64,000 nt of DNA from an uncultured Acidobacteriota bacterium (GTDB lineage: Bacteria; Acidobacteriota; Terriglobia; Terriglobales; Acidobacteriaceae), in contig CAWIMW010000007.1 in assembly GCA_963837365.1 (NCBI GenBank), forward strand, positions 70,478 to 134,477, written 5' to 3'. A program made the translations under genes and the position numbers. Positions within the stretch are counted from its first letter, which is position 1, and each line of letters opens with the position of its first letter. The notes under the pieces were generated by a model that saw nothing but the letters and a program-made list of their open reading frames with translations, was not told where the DNA came from and did no database searches. Positions 1 to 8,652 of the stretch are shown here, piece after piece.

Positions 1-613
1 GATTGTTCTTAGTCCGCCGGGAAAGCACCTGCACCACGCGACGGATTTCCTCATCGCGCCCGATGACGGGATCGAGCTTACCCTTGCGAGCTTGTTCTGT
101 CAGATCGCGAGCGTACCGCTCCAGCGCCTGATATTTCGCTTCAGGGTTTTGATCAGTAATGCGCTGCGACCCGCGCACTGCGGTCAGCGCTTTGAGAATC
201 GCTTCGTGAGTCGCTCCGTGGCGCGCGAGAATCTGCTGTGACATATCTTGCTTTAGCCGGGTAACTGCAAGCAGCAAGTGCTCGGTGGAGACGTACTCAT
301 CCTTAAAGCCGTCAGCCTCCTTGAAAGCACCGTCAAGAAGCTGGTTCGCCGCGGGCGAGAGTCCGGCTTGGGCGGAGGCACCTGAAACCTTGGGCAGCTT
401 CTCCAGTTCACGATAGATTTCGCTCAGCACCGCCTGCGGGCCAATGCCGATTTTCTCCAGCACCGGCGGAACGATGCCTTCTTTATCCTCCAGCAAAGCC
501 GCGAGAATATGCAGCGGCTGGAGCTCAGGACTACCGTGCTCGGAAGCGTGCTCGTTCGCGCGCTGCACTGCCTCCTGCGCTTTCACTGTGAATTTGTCCC
601 AACGGATGGCCAT
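1..613 (-). CDS. clpB: ClpB chaperone/disaggregase, N-terminal ~204 codons (gene runs off the left edge)
   Basis: Own minus-strand translation from ATG 613..611 gives [48 protein letters not shown]...[29 protein letters not shown]. This is the Clp_N repeats plus the conserved [15 protein letters not shown] block that precedes the first Walker A. It is absent from the ORF track because no stop lies in the window. Confidence 0.85.
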   Translation of the reverse strand, partial: MAIRWDKFTVKAQEAVQRANEHASEHGSPELQPLHILAALLEDKEGIVPPVLEKIGIGPQAVLSEIYRELEKLPKVSGASAQAGLSPAANQLLDGAFKEADGFKDEYVSTEHLLLAVTRLKQDMSQQILARHGATHEAILKALTAVRGSQRITDQNPEAKYQALERYARDLTEQARKGKLDPVIGRDEEIRRVVQVLSRRTKNN

Positions 614-654
614 GGTTATTCCTTCACTTCATTTGTAATTCTAGTGCAAACAAA

Positions 655-870
655 ACGGGAGACGGCATCTGTGCCACCTCCCGTCCAACCTCAGGGGCTA
701 AAGCCAGCATTTGTCGTGCTCGTGGCGATATGGCTGAAGCCATATCCTGATACGAACCACGCTCGCGATTCGATTTCGTCCGGAAGCCACTCAAGGTTCG
801 TATCAGGGCAGCGCCTTTAGGCCTGCCGAAAACGTGGATCAGCCAATCCGCCTTTAGGCGCTGCCAGGCT
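655..870. repeat. Cluster of nested inverted repeats / hairpins in the hsp20-clpB spacer
   Basis: Perfect hairpin atatggc-tgaa-gccatat at 728-745. A 13-bp inverted repeat cctgatacgaacc (746-758) pairs with ggttcgtatcagg (795-807). ggcagcgcc (807-815) pairs with ggcgctgcc (857-865), with gcctttaggc repeated inside. Confidence 0.5.
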
Positions 871-927
871 TTCTACGCCTCTCGCGTTCGCTCGGGCGGG
901 CAGACGAGGTGGTCCACCGCTACGTGA

Positions 928-1419
928 TTACGCGGCTTGGCTGGTGCTCTTGGGCTGCTTGCCTTCGAGCGCCGGGCCGCCCACATTTACTTTAATCTGC
1001 TTCGGTTTCGCTTCCGCCTTTTTGGGCAAGCTGACCTTCAGCACGCCCTTGTCGTAGTTAGCAGAGACGTTTTCCGCATCCACCGTCTGCGGCAGGGTGA
1101 AGCTGCGAGTAAAGCTGCCGTACTGACGCTCTACGCGGCGGAAGTTTTCTTCTTTTTCTTCCTTCTCGAACTTGCGCTCGCCGTGCACGGTCAGGGTGTT
1201 GTTCTCCACGCGGATGTCGAGGTCTTTCTCGTCGATTCCGGGGACTTCGATCTTCAGACTTACAGTGTGCTCGTCTTCGTAGACGTCCACGGCGGGGTTG
1301 AAGTTCGAGCTGCTCAGTGCGTCCTGGTTGTCGCCAAACGAAGTCTGGAACAGCCGGTTCAAGCGGTCTTGCAGGGTGGTGAATTCACGATAGGGTTCAA
1401 AACGGGTGAGTACAGTCAT
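928..1419 (-). CDS. Hsp20/alpha-crystallin family small heat-shock protein
   Basis: ORF 928..1434. The likely start is ATG 1419 (MTVLTRFEPY...) with GGAGG 8 nt upstream. It has an alpha-crystallin core (AVDVYEDEHTVSLKIEVPGIDEKDLDIRVENNTLTVHGERK...GVLKVSLPK). It lies tandem with clpB on the same strand. Confidence 0.9.
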   Translation of the reverse strand: MTVLTRFEPYREFTTLQDRLNRLFQTSFGDNQDALSSSNFNPAVDVYEDEHTVSLKIEVPGIDEKDLDIRVENNTLTVHGERKFEKEEKEENFRRVERQYGSFTRSFTLPQTVDAENVSANYDKGVLKVSLPKKAEAKPKQIKVNVGGPALEGKQPKSTSQAA

Positions 1420-1482
1420 GACTAAATCCTCCAAAGAGTTTAGAAATTTGGCTTGTTGGCCTACATCGCTTTGGATGCGGCT

Positions 1483-1524
1483 TTAGTATGTTGTGATGCT
1501 AAAATATGAGTGTGTTACTGTCAA
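1483..1524 (-). promoter_or_regulatory. Putative sigma70-type promoter of hsp20 with an imperfect palindrome over the -10
   Basis: On the minus strand: TTGACA (plus-strand 1519-1524), a 17-nt spacer, then TAGCAT (1496-1501). The imperfect palindrome TTAGCATCACAACATACTAA (1483-1502) overlaps the -10. No transcript data are available. Confidence 0.3.
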
Positions 1525-1544
1525 ATATAATATGCACAATAGTT

Positions 1545-2754
1545 TCAATTACTTACGTTCAATATCAAGCACTTAAGATAGGCTGTTTCCGGCACGTTCA
1601 ACAGAATAGGATGGTCTTTTGCCTGTCCCCGGTTTTCCAGTAAACGAATCGTTTTGTGGACATCGCGGGCTGAATCGGCCACCACTTCCATGAACTCTCC
1701 GGCGGCTGACGTGGTAGGAGCAGGAACAAGTCACCAGAATCCCGCCGGGCTTCAGCATTTTCAGAGCCCGCAGGTTTAGCTCTTTGTAGCCGCGCAGGGC
1801 AGTATCGAGGTTCTTCTTGCTCTTGGCGAAGGCGGGAGGGTCGAGGACGATGGTGTCGTACTGCTTGCCTGAGGAAGCATAGTCGCGCAGCAGATCGAAT
1901 GCGTTGGCTTCGATCCATTCAATCTCGCGCCCGGGGTTTAAGCCGATGTTGAGCGCGGCATTCTTGTCTGCGACTTCAAGCGCGGGACGGGAGCTGTCCA
2001 CTCCAGTGATCGAGGCGCAGTGTGGTGCAAGATGCAAGGCGAAGCCTCCGTGATAGCAGAAGACGTCGAGCGCCTCGCCACGGACGTACTGTGCGGCGGC
2101 GGCGTAATTCTCGCGCTGATCGAGAAAGGCCCCGGTCTTCTGCCCTTCGAGCGCGTCGTAGTGGAACTTCACGCCGTTCATGGTCACGACGGTCGCACTT
2201 TTCTCTCCCTGCACCAGCCCGGAGCTGCGCGGAGGTAACTGCTCCAGCTCGCGCACGCGGGCGTCCACGCGCTCGGCGATGGCAGCGGGGTGCAGCTTCT
2301 CGGTCAACTCGGCGAGCAGCGTCTGGCGGACCGGCTCGGCATCCATCGCCTGAGTGAGCACCTGAAACGACAGCAGGTCGTGATAGCGGTCCACGATCAG
2401 GCCGGGGAGAAAGTCACCTTCGCTGAAGATGAGGCGGTAGGCGTCGGTGTTCTGGACAACACCTTCGCGGTAGGCGAGCGCGTCCGAAATTCTCTGGCGA
2501 AGCAGCACAGGAAAATCGGAGACCGCCTCGCGCGAAACCATCCGCACGGCAATCTGCGAAGCCGTGCTGTAGAGCGCCGATCCGAGAAACTTGCCGCGCT
2601 CGTCAGCGACGCCCACCAGCGAGCCGGGCGGAACGCCCTCCGCCAAAACCACATCCGAGCGATAGACCCAGACGTGACCAGATCTAAGCCGCTCCACGCC
2701 GCGGCGGGAGATTTTGACGGTGGGGGTGGAGTGAGACTGGGGCTTGCGGGGCAT
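1545..2754 (-). pseudogene. RlmI-family class I SAM-dependent rRNA methyltransferase with an apparent 1-nt frameshift near its 3' end
   Basis: ORF 1573..2862, likely start ATG 2754 (MPRKPQSHSTPTVKISRRGVERLRSGHVWVYRSD, PUA-like). The methyltransferase core includes IVLDPPAFAKSKK and GGILVTCSCSYHVS. After HVS the track frame reads RRRVHGSGGRF... The +1 frame instead reads AGEFMEVVADSARDVHKTIRLLENRGQAKDHPILLNVPETAYLKCLILNVSN* (stop at 1545), which is the canonical family C-terminus. Confidence 0.75.
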
Positions 2755-2864
2755 GGAGAGATGGTAAACCCTAGAAAGCTTGCGAAACGCTGCCCCTGAT
2801 GAAGCGCAGCCGATCCCAATCCTGCAACCGAATAGGGGCACGGCGTTCAGCCGACCTTCCAAAA

Positions 2865-5800
2865 CTAATCAGGAAGGGAGAGCCGATCCGCATCGCTCCG
2901 CAGAAGACCTCGCTCAACCAATTCATCAGCAACTTCCAGGATGCAGTCACAAGCTTCCGCCGTCGCTCTCTCCAGACCAAACAGACGAGCCACCCCCCGC
3001 CCCAGTTCGGCTCGCAATACGCCAAATTGATCCTCAACCAAGTACAGAACCGCAAGCGAAATCTCGTCTCGGTGAATCCAATCAATCGGGCGCCTCAATG
3101 AGTTAGTTGGCATGCGGAAGGCGTTCAGGTGAGTGTCCTTTTTCCAGAGGAAATTACGCTGACGCCGTCTCTCAATTTCCTTTCTGCTCACCGCAGTGTG
3201 GACAGCTTCAGCAATGTTGGATTGCACATTTGACCCCGCTCGTTCCACCCCGCAGACATCCTTAAGGCGCTCGGCCAAGGAATCTTCGTGAATCGGACCT
3301 TCGGCCTCGACGATTCGAACCACAAGGGCTGCTAATCCACTCGAAAATCGAGTCTGGATCAAGAGTTCGCGATCAGCCGTGCCGTTAAATTTCCGATAAG
3401 GAATTCCCGGTTGATAGCGGCGCTGGGACGTCAAAGGCTCATCTTCAGGAGTTGAGACGCTTGACGTGCTGACCGTAACAGATGGCGGATCATTTCGCGG
3501 TGGTACACCTTGTACGGATTCCTCAACGGGGCGGGCCTCGGCCAGAGTCAGACTCGCGAGAACCCTTTCGATTGCGCGATCTCGATCATGGAACCACTCG
3601 GTTGACCAGACACGGTGAATGCGCCCGCGCCAACCCATGTTTTCCAATATGCTTTGCCGCAAAATATCTCGGTCGCGTGCGGTACGTGTGCTGTGGTACG
3701 TCGCACCATCGCACTCGACGGCTAACACATAGCGAGAAGGATCGCGGCGGTCTCGAATCGCCAAATCAAGTCGAAACTTGCTGGCGCCAACCTGCTCATC
3801 TACCGTCAGTCCCCGGTCGCGTAAGGCCGTTGCGACTGCATCCTCAAAATCATTGGTTTCCTCCCCTGTGGGAGCCGAAGGTGACTGAGGCAACACGCAG
3901 TCCCGCTCCGCATAAGCAATAAAGTCACGCAACGCGATTGCACCCCGATTGTTGGGACCGATTCCGCTAAGTTCGTGAGCACGGATGCTGGTCACCAGAG
4001 TGGTGTGCCATTTGGCTCGAGTGATTAGAACGTTCAGCCGACGCCAGCCGCCTTCTCGAGTTAGAGGACCGAAATTGGCAGTAACGTGGCCGTTAGCATC
4101 CTTCCCGTAGCCGACACTAATCATGATTGCATCCCGCTCATCACCTTGCACATTCTCGAGCGATTTCACGAAAAAAGGCTCATGCCCGGATGCGAGGTCC
4201 ATAAGTGGGCGAATATCAGGGCGTTGTTGGAGCGCTTCGGATATGGCGTCCTCAATAGCTTCCTTCTGCTGCACATTCATGGCAACCACCCCGAGCGAAC
4301 GGTTTGGGAATCGGGTGAAGTGTTGGATTACCAACTCCGCTACTTTGCGTGCTTCAGTTCGGTTGGTGCGACTACGTCCACGATCCCAGATACCATCCGG
4401 TACGTATACGAAGCGGACGCCCCGTCCGTCGCTGTCAGTGCATGGGGCGGGGAAGGTTACGAGTCGATTGTCGTAAAAGAACGCGTTCGAAAACTTGATT
4501 AGGCGCTCATCTCTGCTGCGGTAATGCCACTTGAGATACGCTTCCCTAAACAGAGGTACGGAAGCGACAGCATCGTCGAGCAAGGACTCTAATGGTTCAT
4601 CCGCAAGCTGATCAACTTCATCGCTTTCGTCGCCCTCATCGAGCTCAATCTGCGTTCTGAAGAAAGAAGTAGGCGGCAACTGATTGCGGTCGCCCGCCAC
4701 TACGACTTGCTCCGCTCGTAGGATGGCAGCGATGCCCTCAGGCGTCGGCAATTGCGATGCTTCGTCGAAGACCACGAGATCAAATGTGACACTTCCTGGC
4801 TTGAGGTAGGTAGAAGCCGAGATAGGACTCATTAACATGCAAGGCTTCAATGCCTGCAGCGCATGTGGTATCTCGGCGAAGAGTCTTCGCAGCGGTTTGA
4901 TCTTCTTGCGTTTTTGCAGTTCGCGACGGAGAACCGCAACCTCACTTCCGGCTAGGTTTGACTGCGCGAAGCGCAGACGCCTCGCCGACTCGGCGGCTTT
5001 TCCCTGAATATACAGGGCGACCAAGTCACGAATTGAGCTATCGAGCGATGCGAACTTCCTCACCAGGTCTTCGCGTTGCGTAGCGTTAAAGGTTGTCAAG
5101 GCATCCGACCGGGCCATCACCTCACTAATCCATAGCATGTAGACGCGGCGCTCGAATGCTTGTGGCAGGCATTTAGCGCTTATCGTGCCAAGAGCACCCA
5201 GAAATGGAGTCAACCCCGCCGAATCGCACTTCTGTAGGGTACGTTGCAGAGCGGTCCATTCCTGGACTAGCGAAAGGGCACCAAGCAACTCCGATGCTCG
5301 GTTAATGAGCGCTTTGGTGGTGGCAAACCGCGCCGAGTTGCCCTCAACGAAACCCTGCGGCCAGTAACGGTCCAATCGCTCCACTGCCTGACGAAGTACG
5401 TCAGAAAGGATTGTTGGTATCTCATGGATAGCCTGCCGAAGTGCAGCGGGAATTTCAACTCGCTGTACGGATTGCTTTTTCGTCGTCAACAACGCGGCGA
5501 CCAGCATCGCTGCTGCGCGGTATCTCTTGGCGGCCTGTGAGAGGCCTTCCGCATCGCGGATCTTTGGAGATTCACTAGAAAGTTCCGCCTGCTGCTTCAC
5601 GAAGCACTTGTCAATCTCCAGTAGACGGCAAACGATTGCGTGGGTCTGGACGGCAACAGAATGCGCAATCTTCGTTCCTCGCCTAGCGCTCCGCTGTACG
5701 CCTGACCGCCATTTCCAGTACGACGGCAGTATCCTTTGATACCGTTTCGAGAATTGCCGGACAGCGGGCAGGAGTAGCGGTTCAGCTTGTTCTGGGGGCA

Positions 5801-7586
5801 AATCGAAATGCTTCTTGTAGATCGCAAGCTGGGACTCGAAGTCCCGTTGCATGCGTGCTGCCGTTTCGAAAACGGTTGCCTTTCGCTCTAACTGCTCCGT
5901 GTCGCCGTCAAACCAGTCATGCGGTAGCCGGTCCAGAGCGGCGATTGACGCCAACGCGGGCTGAAGCCGAGTTAAGTCTTCTATTGAGAAATCGTCGGCC
6001 TCTACAACGGCTCGCAAGTGCGGAATTAGGCCCTGGATGCGATTGCCTGCTGCCAGAATTGTTCGAAGGTATTGCTCGATCTGTTCACGGTCGGAAATCG
6101 TGACTGCTGTTGCCGAAAACCCCCGCCATGGATGTCTTGCGCGGGTGTCTAGGATGCTTGCCTGTGCGCTGAGCTCACTGAGCAAATCCATTCTGTCCAC
6201 AAAGTCATCGCGCGCGACCGTCGACAGCTCGATCCAAGGAAGCGGTGTCCGCACTTCAGGAGCAGCAGAAAGCAGGGCCACTCGTCCAATCGCTTGATAA
6301 AGAGTCTTCCCTAACGGCTGCCTCACCTCGTGTAGTTCCTGGACGTAACGGTTCAAGTCAGCGCGAACACGGGTGAGCGATGTCAGTGTTTCCTCAAACC
6401 GGCCACCGTCCGACAAATCGTCGGCCTCCAGTGTTTGACGCAGTTCATCGATTATCTTGGCTTTGCCCGCTTTTGTGCTGTGGGCTTCAAGGCAGAATCT
6501 AGCTAACCCTCTTTCCTGAAGTCGCTGATGGACGACATTCAGCGCAGCCATCTTTGAACTAACAAATAGCACCTTCTGCTTTCGGCCCAGGGCATCAGCT
6601 ATCAGATTGCTGATGGTTTGGCTCTTGCCTGTTCCTGGAGGGCCGTGGATGACAACGTGCGCACCGGTCGTTCCGTAAGCTAAGGCCTCAAGCTGACTGC
6701 CATCGGCGGGAAGCACCGGGATGGGCACTGTTTTGGGGGATGGTAGATCATCCAAGCTCGTGCTGATTTCGGCTGACCCGGCCTCCAACACAGTTGCTCG
6801 TGCGAGAGCAGCAACGACCGGGTGACGTACAGCGATGTCTGCCATCGCGCTGAGGTCCTGGTAAAGAACCAGCGACTCGAAACTAAAGGTGCTTAGCCAA
6901 ACCTCCGGAGCAACCAACCATCGTTGATCTTCGACTGCTAGCTGGACAGCGTCTAAGTACCGAAGTAGCGACTCGGTAGTTGGCTCTTCCGGTATTTCAT
7001 GTAGAACTACGTGATGCCGCTCGCGAAGGTAAAGCTCCAATGCTGGGTTGAGCTGCATTTCCTCGTCAGCAAGTACAAGGCGCAGCGGTGCATTTGGTCC
7101 ATGGCTTACAACCCGAATCGGAACCATCCAAATTGGTGATAGTGATTCTCCCAACCAGTCGTCTTGCCAACTCAAGGTGCCGAAGGTGAGATGCAGAGTT
7201 GTGACACCCCGCTCTTCGACGCTGGTGCGTGCGTTGTCTTGAATGCGCCTAAGTCTGCGCGCGAGTTCCAGCGGACTCGCTGCGAATTCAACATCCCCCG
7301 GCTCGACCTCATATCCTTCCGTCTGTCGGCCACTCGCACTGTCGAACAGCGGTTGTTGGGGCCGCCGGACCGCCATCGGTAGCCGGACTTCCGCCTCACT
7401 GACGACAACTGTATTGAACAATTCGGATGCATCAGGCTTGATGATGCGTAGTTTGCTGACCCGCGAACGGTTGAGGCCCAATAGCGGGTTGCCCTTGGTC
7501 AGATCAAGCAGGCGCTCCTGCCACTTCTTGAGGTGGGCTCGTACTCTCCCTTCGTCTATTGGAGGTCCGGCGGCGTTTGCGGCCAA
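2865..7586 (-). CDS. 1573-aa DUF4011 / SF1 (Upf1-like AAA_11+AAA_12) helicase / Vsr-DUF559-like endonuclease / DUF3320 protein (Hhe-like defence candidate)
   Basis: TTG start at 7586 with AAGGAG 9 nt upstream. N-terminus LLDLTKGNPLLGLNRSR... is DUF4011-like. Walker A GPPGTGKS is at about aa 315-322 (nt ~6621-6644). Motif II VVFDEASQ is at about aa 938-945. Helicase C-terminal motifs VQGDERDAIMISVGY and LNVLITRAKW are present. A nuclease-like block LDLAIRD...YVLAVECDGATYHSTRTARDRDILRQSILENMGWRGRIHRVWSTEW lies at aa ~1270-1335. A DUF3320-like tail IVEAEGPIHEDSLAERL follows. Confidence 0.8.
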   Translation of the reverse strand: MAANAAGPPIDEGRVRAHLKKWQERLLDLTKGNPLLGLNRSRVSKLRIIKPDASELFNTVVVSEAEVRLPMAVRRPQQPLFDSASGRQTEGYEVEPGDVEFAASPLELARRLRRIQDNARTSVEERGVTTLHLTFGTLSWQDDWLGESLSPIWMVPIRVVSHGPNAPLRLVLADEEMQLNPALELYLRERHHVVLHEIPEEPTTESLLRYLDAVQLAVEDQRWLVAPEVWLSTFSFESLVLYQDLSAMADIAVRHPVVAALARATVLEAGSAEISTSLDDLPSPKTVPIPVLPADGSQLEALAYGTTGAHVVIHGPPGTGKSQTISNLIADALGRKQKVLFVSSKMAALNVVHQRLQERGLARFCLEAHSTKAGKAKIIDELRQTLEADDLSDGGRFEETLTSLTRVRADLNRYVQELHEVRQPLGKTLYQAIGRVALLSAAPEVRTPLPWIELSTVARDDFVDRMDLLSELSAQASILDTRARHPWRGFSATAVTISDREQIEQYLRTILAAGNRIQGLIPHLRAVVEADDFSIEDLTRLQPALASIAALDRLPHDWFDGDTEQLERKATVFETAARMQRDFESQLAIYKKHFDLPPEQAEPLLLPAVRQFSKRYQRILPSYWKWRSGVQRSARRGTKIAHSVAVQTHAIVCRLLEIDKCFVKQQAELSSESPKIRDAEGLSQAAKRYRAAAMLVAALLTTKKQSVQRVEIPAALRQAIHEIPTILSDVLRQAVERLDRYWPQGFVEGNSARFATTKALINRASELLGALSLVQEWTALQRTLQKCDSAGLTPFLGALGTISAKCLPQAFERRVYMLWISEVMARSDALTTFNATQREDLVRKFASLDSSIRDLVALYIQGKAAESARRLRFAQSNLAGSEVAVLRRELQKRKKIKPLRRLFAEIPHALQALKPCMLMSPISASTYLKPGSVTFDLVVFDEASQLPTPEGIAAILRAEQVVVAGDRNQLPPTSFFRTQIELDEGDESDEVDQLADEPLESLLDDAVASVPLFREAYLKWHYRSRDERLIKFSNAFFYDNRLVTFPAPCTDSDGRGVRFVYVPDGIWDRGRSRTNRTEARKVAELVIQHFTRFPNRSLGVVAMNVQQKEAIEDAISEALQQRPDIRPLMDLASGHEPFFVKSLENVQGDERDAIMISVGYGKDANGHVTANFGPLTREGGWRRLNVLITRAKWHTTLVTSIRAHELSGIGPNNRGAIALRDFIAYAERDCVLPQSPSAPTGEETNDFEDAVATALRDRGLTVDEQVGASKFRLDLAIRDRRDPSRYVLAVECDGATYHSTRTARDRDILRQSILENMGWRGRIHRVWSTEWFHDRDRAIERVLASLTLAEARPVEESVQGVPPRNDPPSVTVSTSSVSTPEDEPLTSQRRYQPGIPYRKFNGTADRELLIQTRFSSGLAALVVRIVEAEGPIHEDSLAERLKDVCGVERAGSNVQSNIAEAVHTAVSRKEIERRRQRNFLWKKDTHLNAFRMPTNSLRRPIDWIHRDEISLAVLYLVEDQFGVLRAELGRGVARLFGLERATAEACDCILEVADELVERGLLRSDADRLSLPD

Positions 7587-7689
7587 CTTACTACGCTCCT
7601 TGGACAGGCGACCGGGGGAAAGCGTATTGTACTCTGCTTCGGCGGCTTATGACTTCTCCGCGGTCGGATTGCAGGCGAGGGCACCCGCC

Positions 7690-8457
7690 CTACACCTTCT
7701 TCCCCGCCAAATTCTGCGCCACGGCATACGCCGCCGCCCCGATGATCCAGGAGATAAAAAACGCGGTCCAGTTCAGCCGCGTGGTGGGTGCGGCGATTAC
7801 TTGTGGCAGCCAGAGCAGCAACGTGTAACAGGTGATCTGTCCGGCTTCGGCCCAGGCGGCGAGGCGGGGGAGTACACCAAACAGGACTCCGAGTCCGCTT
7901 GCAATCTGTCCGGCTCCGGTGAGGATGGCCCAACCCTTAGGGAACGGGAGCCAATGAGGTATGAAACCGATGGTGGCCTGCACGTACACCAGGTGCGACA
8001 GCCCGACCGGAATGACCGATATCCCGAAGAGGATGCGCGCCATGCGGACTCCGCGCTCGCCCGCGAGGAAGGCGAGTGGCGAGCTTTGCGGAATGTCTCC
8101 CAAGCGTGCAAACAGTGTCCAGCCGCCAGCCAGCAGCATGGTGAGTTCTCCCAGGCCGAGCCAGGTGCCTTCAATCTGCGGCGCGACTACAACGCCCGGC
8201 ACTTTCAGCAACGCCCACAGAATTAGATAGGGGAACAAAATTCTCACTGCCCAGACCCGAGTCGGCGGCAACAAGAGCCCAGCGCCCAGCAGCAACATCA
8301 GCACGCCCGAGCCGTAGGCGACCGCCGCGCGCGCCGGAAGCCACGCCGGAACCGGCTGCCACACCAGAGCGAAATCGCCGTAGATGAGAGCCAATACTCC
8401 GAGGCCGAGCAGACCGATCGCAAAGAGAACCAAAGCAGGTTGTTGGGATTTGTTCAT
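7690..8457 (-). CDS. Polytopic inner-membrane protein (possibly DoxX-like), function unknown
   Basis: ORF 7690..8472. The first ATG is at 8457 (MNKSQQPALVLFAIGLLGLGVLALIYG...). About 8 hydrophobic segments are visible. Confidence 0.55.
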   Translation of the reverse strand: MNKSQQPALVLFAIGLLGLGVLALIYGDFALVWQPVPAWLPARAAVAYGSGVLMLLLGAGLLLPPTRVWAVRILFPYLILWALLKVPGVVVAPQIEGTWLGLGELTMLLAGGWTLFARLGDIPQSSPLAFLAGERGVRMARILFGISVIPVGLSHLVYVQATIGFIPHWLPFPKGWAILTGAGQIASGLGVLFGVLPRLAAWAEAGQITCYTLLLWLPQVIAAPTTRLNWTAFFISWIIGAAAYAVAQNLAGKKV

Positions 8458-8652
8458 CACCGTTCCATTCAAGTTCGGAGAATTCTACTCTGGAGGGGGC
8501 CTGCACTTTCAAGCCAGTTCTTGGGGAGCTACGCTCCGCGCGCGGGGGCAGGCAAGGGCGGCTCCACAAAACCTTCCGTTACAATGAATGTTCCAGCCGT
8601 AGCAGGTTTGGCAATTGCCGTTCAGTTCCGAAACTTTCTCTTGGGGCTTACC

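Noticed and set aside
2821-2832. Possible terminal inverted repeats of a mobile element around the helicase gene (2821-2832 versus 7664-7675).
   Set aside because: As a mobile-element call: the match is only about 11 of 12-13 nt, and there is no transposase, integrase or target-site duplication. I kept it only as a low-weight note in the island finding.
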